Assembly (NCBI RefSeq): GCF_020860125.1
Contig: NZ_JAJBUX010000093.1
Coordinates: 3 to 64,002 of the forward strand
Direction of reading: 5' to 3'
DNA from: Cloacibacillus sp.
GTDB lineage: Bacteria > Synergistota > Synergistia > Synergistales > Synergistaceae
DNA length: 64,000 nucleotides
Within the stretch, counting starts at the first letter, position 1; each line of letters begins with the position of its first letter. A model generated the notes under the pieces. It was not told the origin of the DNA and searched no databases. It worked only from the letters and a program-made list of their open reading frames with translations. Shown in pieces: positions 57,941 through 64,000 of this stretch. The position numbers and the translations under genes were made by a program.

Positions 57941-59815
57941 ATGGCTGAAAAAATGGAATTCCAAAGCGAGGCTAAACAGGTCCTGGAGTTGATGATCAAC
58001 TCCGTCTACTCAAACCCCGACATCTTCGTGCGCGAGCTGATATCGAACGCCTCCGACGCGATCGACAAACTGCGCATAGAGAGCCTGAGCCGTCCGGAGC
58101 TCGCCGAATACGCGAAAAACGGACGCATCGACATCACGATAGACAAAAAGGCGGGGACGCTCACCATCTCCGACAACGGCATCGGCATGGACAGGGACGA
58201 CCTCGTCTCATTCCTCGGCACGATCGCGCGCAGCGGCACCGGCGAGTTCATCCGCGCGATGCAGGAGGCCAAAAACGGCGCGAACAGCGACCTCATAGGG
58301 CAGTTTGGCGTCGGCTTCTACTCGAGCTTTATCGCCGCCGACCGCGTCACCGTCGAGACGATGAAGGCTGGCGGCAGCGAAAGCTGGAAGTGGGAATCGA
58401 CCGGCGACGGCACCTACACGATCGACGGCGGCAGCCGCGCGGGCCACGGAAGCTCAATCACCCTCCACATGAAAAAGGAGGAGCAGTCGGGCGACGACCA
58501 CGACATCACGAAAGATTACCTCTCGGAGTGGACGCTGCGCGGCATCATCAAAGAATACTCCGACTTCGTCACCTATCCGATCTACCTTACCGACGTTGAG
58601 AAGGAAAAGAAAGAGGATGAAAAAGAGGAGCCCGTCAACTCAATGAAGGCTCTCTGGACGCGCCCGCAGAAGGACATAAGCGACGACGAGTTCAACGACT
58701 TCTACCGCCACATCTCGCACGACTGGGAAAACCCGCTTGAGCGCATATACTACAAGGCGGAGGGCACGAGCGAATTCCGCGCGCTGCTCTTCATCCCCTC
58801 GCGCCCGCCGATGGACCTCTTCTACCAGGACGGCAAACACGGGGTACAGCTCTACATCCGCCGCGTATTCATCATGAACGACTGCAAAGAGCTGATCCCC
58901 GAATACATGCGCTTCATCAAGGGCGTCGTGGACTCCGAGGACCTCTCGCTCAACGTCTCGCGCGAGATGCTCCAGCAGGACCGCCAGACGGCGCAGATCA
59001 AGAACAGCCTCGTAAAGAAGATCCTCGACACCCTGCACAAGATGCGGAAGGACCAGCCCGACAGCTACAACAAGTTCTGGCAGACCTTCGGCGTCGTCCT
59101 TAAAGAGGGCATCATCTCCGACCTGCGCCACCGCGAGGATATCATGAAACTTTGCCTCTTCGACGTCTCGGAGGGCGACAAGACGACGCTTGAAGATTAC
59201 CTCATCAACATGCCCGCGGGTCAGGACAAAATATACTACCTCGCCGGTTCGTCGCTCAAAAACCTTAAAAACTCCCCGAAACTTGAGGCCTTCAAAAAGA
59301 AAGGCATCAAAGTGCTGCTCCTCGGCGACCCCGTGGACGAGATATGGGTAAACCACGCGCGCAAATTCGACAAATACGACTTCGTCTCCGCCGCCGCCGA
59401 AAACCTCATGCTGCCGGAGGGGGAAAAAGACGAGAAAAAAGACTCCGAGATCGAAAAGAGCGGCCTCGTGAAAAAGCTTAAAGATGCCCTCGGCTCGCTC
59501 GTGGAGGACGTCAAAGTCTCCGACCGCCTCGTGGATTCGCCGGTCTGCTTCGTGCAGAAGGGCGAAGAGATATCGCCGCAGATGAGGAACCTCTTCCGCT
59601 CGATGGGACAGGAGGTCCCCGAAGAAAAGCGCGTCATGGAGATCAACCCAGACAACGCCCTCATCAAAAAGATCGCCGACGAGTCGGAGAGGGAAAACTT
59701 CAACGCCGAAGACTGGTCGCACCTCCTCATGGGCCTCGCCTCCATCGCCGACGGCGAGCCGGTGCCCGACGGACAGCAGTTCACGAACCTCGTCAGCAAA
59801 CTGCTGGAGAAATAA
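57941..59815 (+). CDS. htpG: Molecular chaperone HtpG (Hsp90)
   Basis: 'FQSEAKQVLELMINSVYSNPDIFVRELISNASDA' and 'GQFGVGFYS'. AAGGAGG precedes the ATG. Confidence 0.96.
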   Translation: MAEKMEFQSEAKQVLELMINSVYSNPDIFVRELISNASDAIDKLRIESLSRPELAEYAKNGRIDITIDKKAGTLTISDNGIGMDRDDLVSFLGTIARSGTGEFIRAMQEAKNGANSDLIGQFGVGFYSSFIAADRVTVETMKAGGSESWKWESTGDGTYTIDGGSRAGHGSSITLHMKKEEQSGDDHDITKDYLSEWTLRGIIKEYSDFVTYPIYLTDVEKEKKEDEKEEPVNSMKALWTRPQKDISDDEFNDFYRHISHDWENPLERIYYKAEGTSEFRALLFIPSRPPMDLFYQDGKHGVQLYIRRVFIMNDCKELIPEYMRFIKGVVDSEDLSLNVSREMLQQDRQTAQIKNSLVKKILDTLHKMRKDQPDSYNKFWQTFGVVLKEGIISDLRHREDIMKLCLFDVSEGDKTTLEDYLINMPAGQDKIYYLAGSSLKNLKNSPKLEAFKKKGIKVLLLGDPVDEIWVNHARKFDKYDFVSAAAENLMLPEGEKDEKKDSEIEKSGLVKKLKDALGSLVEDVKVSDRLVDSPVCFVQKGEEISPQMRNLFRSMGQEVPEEKRVMEINPDNALIKKIADESERENFNAEDWSHLLMGLASIADGEPVPDGQQFTNLVSKLLEK

Positions 59816-59904
59816 ACGCCCCGGCGGTTGCGCCATGCGCTCCGCAAAAGGCCGCGCCGCCGCGTAAGACGATAGACATCGGCGCGAAAAAAACCAATAA
59901 AAAA

Positions 59905-59942
59905 CTCCCCCGCTCCGCACAGGTACGGGGGAGATTTTTTAT
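59905..59942. terminator. Bidirectional terminator between htpG and the B3/4-domain gene
   Basis: Stem CTCCCCCG/CGGGGGAG (59905-59912 / 59926-59933), flanked by an A-run upstream and a T-run downstream. Confidence 0.75.
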
Positions 59943-59953
59943 TGGCCCTTTCG

Positions 59954-60661
59954 CTATCTTATCCACATCGAGCGATGGCCGGCGTCCAGAATATCGCCGC
60001 GCACCTCGGCGCTGAAAAAACGCCGCAGCCCCTCCGTTAAAGCGTCAAGCACATTCTGGGCAGTATCCTGCGGCAGTTCTCCAAGTATCTCCGAGACAAA
60101 AAAGATATTTCTACTCTCAGGCGTGATGATAGCGTGCCGCGACTGCTTCCAGACGAAGTGCCGCGTAACGATCATGCCGCCGTCGGCGTAGCTCACCTCG
60201 CCGGGCGGGATATCGACGCCCGCCTCTCCGTTCAGCGCCGTAAAAGAGTCGCCCTGACGGGAAAGACGCAGCGCAAGCCCCTCCCGCAGCGCGTCAATGT
60301 CAAAGCCTCCCGCGGGAACCAGATAACTGAGCGAGACCGCGTTATAAAAATCGACGAAGGGGTGGATGCTGAAGGGGCTCTCGCTCTTCCCCGCGCGCCG
60401 CGTCAGGGCCTCTATCGAGCTGGGAAAATCCTTTCGCGGCGCTCCGGCCCCCTTCATCCGCTCGCTCCACGGCTTGATAAAGGGGTGCGACTGCGGGTTG
60501 CCGTAGGCCTTGGACGCCGCGGCGGCGTTCCGCCAGCCCTCGCGGAGAAAGGCCGTCACCGGCTCGCTGTCGGTGGGAACTGACATCCCCTCGGCAGCCG
60601 CGACGACCAGCCTCATTCCCGGAAAATAATCAAAAATACCGGCTTCGATAGAAAAATCCAC
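59954..60661 (-). CDS. B3/B4 tRNA-binding-domain protein (PheT-related)
   Basis: 235 aa whose overall pattern resembles stand-alone B3_4 domain proteins ('SLSYLVPAGGFD', 'VSYADGGMIVTRHFVWKQS'). GTG start lies 9 nt after AAGGAG. Confidence 0.5.
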   Translation of the reverse strand: MDFSIEAGIFDYFPGMRLVVAAAEGMSVPTDSEPVTAFLREGWRNAAAASKAYGNPQSHPFIKPWSERMKGAGAPRKDFPSSIEALTRRAGKSESPFSIHPFVDFYNAVSLSYLVPAGGFDIDALREGLALRLSRQGDSFTALNGEAGVDIPPGEVSYADGGMIVTRHFVWKQSRHAIITPESRNIFFVSEILGELPQDTAQNVLDALTEGLRRFFSAEVRGDILDAGHRSMWIR

Positions 60662-60770
60662 GGCGTCATTCTCCTTTCAAAGAAAAACTCTGATTAAATC
60701 ATTTTATCGGTTAAATCTATAACATATATTCCTACCGTTTTTTACATATAACATAAAACTCCGATGCCGC

Positions 60771-61937
60771 CTAGCACTCGCCGCCTATCTTCAGCTTACC
60801 CTGCGCGACCGGCAGCCAGTAGCGCAGATAGAGCATCGAGGCCGCCGCGAATACCGCGAGGCCCATGACGCGGAAGGTGTTGCTGACCCCCAGATATGGC
60901 GAGAAACAGCCGTAAACGAGGGGGCTTATCATCCAGCCGGAGTCGATGACGAGCAGCACAAGTCCCGTAGCCTTAGGATGATAGGCGGCGGGCAGCATAT
61001 CGCCGACAAGCGCGAGATCCGTGGGAAAGCCGATCCCGATCCCAACGCCGAATAAGAGCCCAAAGAGTACGAACATTGAGGACGTCGAGCTGAAAGACAA
61101 CCCCAGCAGCGCGAATCCCATCAGCGCCGCCGCGGGCGCGGCTAGCCTCACGCGCGGGATACCCGCGATCAGCCGGAAACCCACCGTGCGGATGAGCACC
61201 GCCGCAAAGGCGCTGGCGATCATAAAATAAGAGACGGAGACCGACCTGGCGTTCGCGAGCGAGGCCATAGAGATCATCATCGCGTCGGCCAGCGACATCG
61301 TGGCGGCGGTAAAGAGCAGCGCCTTGACCCCCTTGACCTTAAAGAGATCGGAATAACGCCCCCACTGCTTCTCGGCCTTGCCAGAATAGCTGAGGTCCTT
61401 CACAAAGCAGCTCACCGCCGCGCAGGCCAGCGCCGTCAGCGCGGGAAACCAAATATAAAGCTCGTTGAAATTATGATGCAGGAGCCATTCGCTAAAAGGG
61501 ACGACCGTCGCCAGCGGCAGCATCGAACCGGTGGTAAAGAGCGCGAAACCGATGCCGCGCGACCTCTCGTCCAGCAGGATAGACTGCGCGGCCACCGTCG
61601 CCACCACAAATACGCTGACGCTGACGCCGAGCATCGCGCGGAAAAAGAGCAGCAGAAGCGGACTGTTCAGCGAAAGGGCGATCCCCGCCGCCATCGCGAC
61701 GCAGAGAAGCGAACTGCCGATCAGCGAACGCCGGATATCGAGCCGCTCCATCACCACGCTGCCGATGGGGCGGCAAAGCAGCATGACCATATAAAAGATA
61801 CTCAGAAAAAGCCCTACGGCCTGGGGAGAGGCCCCCATCCGCTCATAAAAGGGGCCGAACAGGAAATAAATATTCGTGACGCAGGTGATGCCGTAATATG
61901 CCAGGAAAATCAGAAATATCTGGCGGTTGTCCTTCAT
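60771..61937 (-). CDS. MFS transporter
   Basis: 12-TM-like ORF. ATG 61937 (MKDNRQIF) is preceded by AGGAGGAG; the Arg/Ser-rich upstream extension in the track is unlikely to be translated. Confidence 0.75.
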   Translation of the reverse strand: MKDNRQIFLIFLAYYGITCVTNIYFLFGPFYERMGASPQAVGLFLSIFYMVMLLCRPIGSVVMERLDIRRSLIGSSLLCVAMAAGIALSLNSPLLLLFFRAMLGVSVSVFVVATVAAQSILLDERSRGIGFALFTTGSMLPLATVVPFSEWLLHHNFNELYIWFPALTALACAAVSCFVKDLSYSGKAEKQWGRYSDLFKVKGVKALLFTAATMSLADAMMISMASLANARSVSVSYFMIASAFAAVLIRTVGFRLIAGIPRVRLAAPAAALMGFALLGLSFSSTSSMFVLFGLLFGVGIGIGFPTDLALVGDMLPAAYHPKATGLVLLVIDSGWMISPLVYGCFSPYLGVSNTFRVMGLAVFAAASMLYLRYWLPVAQGKLKIGGEC

Positions 61938-62007
61938 ATTCTCTCCTCCTGCCTTCAAAAAAGGCGCCCTCCGCAAGAGGGCGCCTGAAAACACTTCGTA
62001 AACGGGG

Positions 62008-64000
62008 CTACTCTTCCTCTTCTTTGCGCTCCTGGGCCGCCTGTTCGATGACCTTCTTCGCGATATCGCCGGGGACCTCTTCATAATGGCTGTACTCCAT
62101 CGAGAAGGAGCCGCGTCCCGAAGTCATCGAGCGGAGGATGATCGCGTAGCGGAACATCTCCGAAAGCGGGCACTGGGCCTTCACTATCTGGAGCTTGCCT
62201 TCGCTGTCGATGCCCATGATGCGTCCGCGGCGGCTGTTGAAGTCGCCCATGACGTCTCCGAGGCACTCCTCGGGCACCGTGACCTCGACATTCATCACCG
62301 GCTCCATAAGGATCGGGTTCGCCTGCTCCATACACTTCTTGAAGGCGATCGAGGCCGCTATCTTAAAGGCCATTTCCGAAGAGTCAACGTCGTGATACGA
62401 GCCGTCGAAGATCGCGCAGGAGAAGTCCGTCGCCGGATAACCCGCGAGGAATCCGCGCGCCGCCGCCTCGCGGAGACCCTTCTCCGCCGCGGGGATATAG
62501 TTCTTCGGCACCACGCCGCCGACCACCCTGTCGATGAACTCGATGCCCGCGTTCTTATCGAGCGGCGCGAGCTCAAACCAGACGTCGCCGTACTGGCCGC
62601 GTCCGCCGGACTGCTTCTTGTGCTTGCCCTGGGCGCTGGCCTTCTTCTTTATCGTCTCGCGGTAGGGCACCTTCGGCGTGCGGGTGTCGAGATCCACCTT
62701 ATAGCGCTCCTTGATCTTCGAGAGCATGATATCGAGGTGCATATCGCCCATACCGGAAAGCACCGCGTCGTTCGTCTCCGGGTTCTTCACGAACGAGAGG
62801 GTGCGGTCCTCCTTGAGCATCTTCGTGATCGCGTTGCCGAGCTTGTCCTCGTCGGCGCGGCTCTTCGGGAAAACCGCCACGCTGTAGACCGGCTTCGGGA
62901 ACTTTATCGGGCGGAACTGCAGAACCTCGCCCTTGACGCCGAGCGTATCTCCGGCGATCGTGCTCTCCAGCTTCGGAATGGCGACGATATCGCCGAGGAC
63001 GATCTCCTTGCCCTCCGTGCTCTCCTTGCCCTTCATGAAGCGGAAAGAGCTGATGCGCTCCTCCTGGTCCTCTGTGACATTATAGATTGTCTGGTCGCTT
63101 GTGAGATGTCCGGAGAAGACCTTCACGAACGAGAGCTTGCCGACATAGGGGTCGACCATCACCTTAAAGACGAAGGCGAGGAAGGGGCCGTTCTCGTCGG
63201 GCGGGATATTGACCACCTCTTCGCCCTTCAGCGCCGCGCGGTGCAGCATATCCTTCGGCGATGGCATATACTCCACAATCATATCCATCAGCTGCGGCAC
63301 GGCGATATTGGCCGAGCCCGAACCGGGGATGATCGGATAAATCGAACGGGCGCAGACCGCCTTGCGCAGGACGCCGAGCAGCTCCTCCGTGGAGAGCTCC
63401 TCTCCGTCGAGATAGCGCATCATCAGCTCGTCGTCGGCCTCCACGGCGCGCTCAACCAGCGTCTCGCGGGCCGCGGCCACGGCGTCGGCCATATCGGCGG
63501 GCACGTCGCCCTCCGTATACTCGCTGCTGCCGTCGCCCTTGTACATATATGATTTTCCGGTGAGGACGTTTACCACACCTTTGAATTCAAGCTGGCTGCC
63601 GATCGGCAGGTATAACGGCACCGCGCGGTCGGAAATATTTTCCTGTATATCTGCTACGACATTGTCAAAGTCGGTATTTTCCCGGTCAAGTTTGCTGACG
63701 AAAAATATTGCGGGCGTCTCAAAAGTCTCTGCGAAGTCCCATACGCTCTGCGTCTGCACCTCAACGCCGGAGGTGGCGTTCACAAGAACGAGGGTGCCGT
63801 CCGCGACGCGCATCGCGCTGCGCTGCTCGCCGACGAAGTCGGCGAAGCCCGGCGTATCCAGTATATATAAGGTCTTATTCTTATATGGAATCGTGGAAAG
63901 CGAAGTGCTGATAGAAATGCCGCGCTTCTGCTCCTCCGAGTCAAAGTCGGAAACGGTATTCTTATCTTCGACCCTGCCCATGCGCGAGATCAAGCCCGCA
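62008..64000 (-). CDS. Elongation factor G paralog (FusA2-like), 5' end outside the window
   Basis: EF-G domains II-V are recognisable ('GDMHLDIMLSKIKERYKV', 'GGRGQYGDVWFE', 'DGSYHDVDSSEMAFKIAA'). The G3 motif reads 'DTPGFADF' instead of DTPGH. The ORF continues past 64000. Confidence 0.85.
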   Translation of the reverse strand, partial: AGLISRMGRVEDKNTVSDFDSEEQKRGISISTSLSTIPYKNKTLYILDTPGFADFVGEQRSAMRVADGTLVLVNATSGVEVQTQSVWDFAETFETPAIFFVSKLDRENTDFDNVVADIQENISDRAVPLYLPIGSQLEFKGVVNVLTGKSYMYKGDGSSEYTEGDVPADMADAVAAARETLVERAVEADDELMMRYLDGEELSTEELLGVLRKAVCARSIYPIIPGSGSANIAVPQLMDMIVEYMPSPKDMLHRAALKGEEVVNIPPDENGPFLAFVFKVMVDPYVGKLSFVKVFSGHLTSDQTIYNVTEDQEERISSFRFMKGKESTEGKEIVLGDIVAIPKLESTIAGDTLGVKGEVLQFRPIKFPKPVYSVAVFPKSRADEDKLGNAITKMLKEDRTLSFVKNPETNDAVLSGMGDMHLDIMLSKIKERYKVDLDTRTPKVPYRETIKKKASAQGKHKKQSGGRGQYGDVWFELAPLDKNAGIEFIDRVVGGVVPKNYIPAAEKGLREAAARGFLAGYPATDFSCAIFDGSYHDVDSSEMAFKIAASIAFKKCMEQANPILMEPVMNVEVTVPEECLGDVMGDFNSRRGRIMGIDSEGKLQIVKAQCPLSEMFRYAIILRSMTSGRGSFSMEYSHYEEVPGDIAKKVIEQAAQERKEEEE

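Noticed and set aside
57651-57992. 113-aa plus-strand ORF between clpB and htpG
   Set aside because: It crosses the terminator hairpin and the htpG SD and start in another frame. No SD and an implausible composition.
58640-59920. 426-aa ORF antisense to htpG
   Set aside because: A shadow ORF in the codon-aligned antisense frame. It runs through the htpG terminator and has no SD or motifs.
59959-59967. Exact DnaA-box consensus TTATCCACA
   Set aside because: It is a single copy inside the 3' end of a coding sequence, and a 9-mer is expected about once by chance in 128 kb of two-strand sequence. There is no cluster of boxes or adjacent AT-rich unwinding element. The AT-rich csp/clpB intergenic region holds only one degenerate box (TGTGGAAAA), so there is no oriC call.
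62086-63552. 488-aa ORF antisense to the EF-G paralog
   Set aside because: A shadow ORF. The EF-G-like reading on the minus strand is unambiguous.
1-64000. CRISPR arrays, IS elements, integrases, prophage or tRNA/rRNA genes
   Set aside because: I found no regularly spaced direct repeats, no transposase/integrase/recombinase-like ORFs and no tRNA or rRNA signatures while reading the intergenic regions. The only compositionally atypical patches are the 3.48-4.63 kb island, the 23.95-24.4 kb gene and the csp region.

Overview
GC-rich, gene-dense chromosomal segment with about 53 protein genes, nearly all housekeeping. Almost everything up to ~54.6 kb is on the minus strand; clpB and htpG then run on the plus strand. 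Conserved blocks, in order on the minus strand: scpA-scpB-rluB; a T-box-controlled thrC-thrB-lysC-asd operon; pyrG, a secreted protein, LptC-like, LptD-like and ddl; rho; pfkA; metK; a three-subunit molybdenum hydroxylase (xanthine-dehydrogenase family) with a divergent Crp/Fnr regulator; uvrB-uvrA-rlmB; and a Lon-like protease followed by nth-tilS-hpt-ftsH. A csp/clpB/htpG stress cluster follows. A T-box leader together with LptD/LptC-type outer-membrane genes suggests a diderm lineage allied to Firmicutes, such as Synergistota or Negativicutes (inference only). I saw no rRNA, tRNA, CRISPR array, transposase or integrase. The most unusual content is a tightly coupled five-gene unit at 29.9-36.6 kb: a VWA/DUF2201-like protein, a cytoplasmic BspA-type LRR protein, a MoxR-type AAA+ ATPase, a 160-aa ORF and a PPIase-less trigger-factor paralog. 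It lies directly downstream of the Mo-hydroxylase genes, and I cannot match this architecture to any described system. Second is a small AT-rich two-gene island at 3.48-4.63 kb (minimal nucleotidyltransferase plus a helical/HTH protein) whose promoter is embedded in a perfect 41-bp palindrome, which looks toxin-antitoxin-like. Other observations: an EF-G paralog lacking the catalytic His, a LonC-type protease with a degenerate P-loop, a LuxR regulator with a pseudo-receiver domain, and Rho with a long charged N-terminal extension. Start codons were adjusted from the ORF track where a Shine-Dalgarno sequence or a conserved N-terminus supported it. All family calls come from motif recognition by eye, not from database searches.
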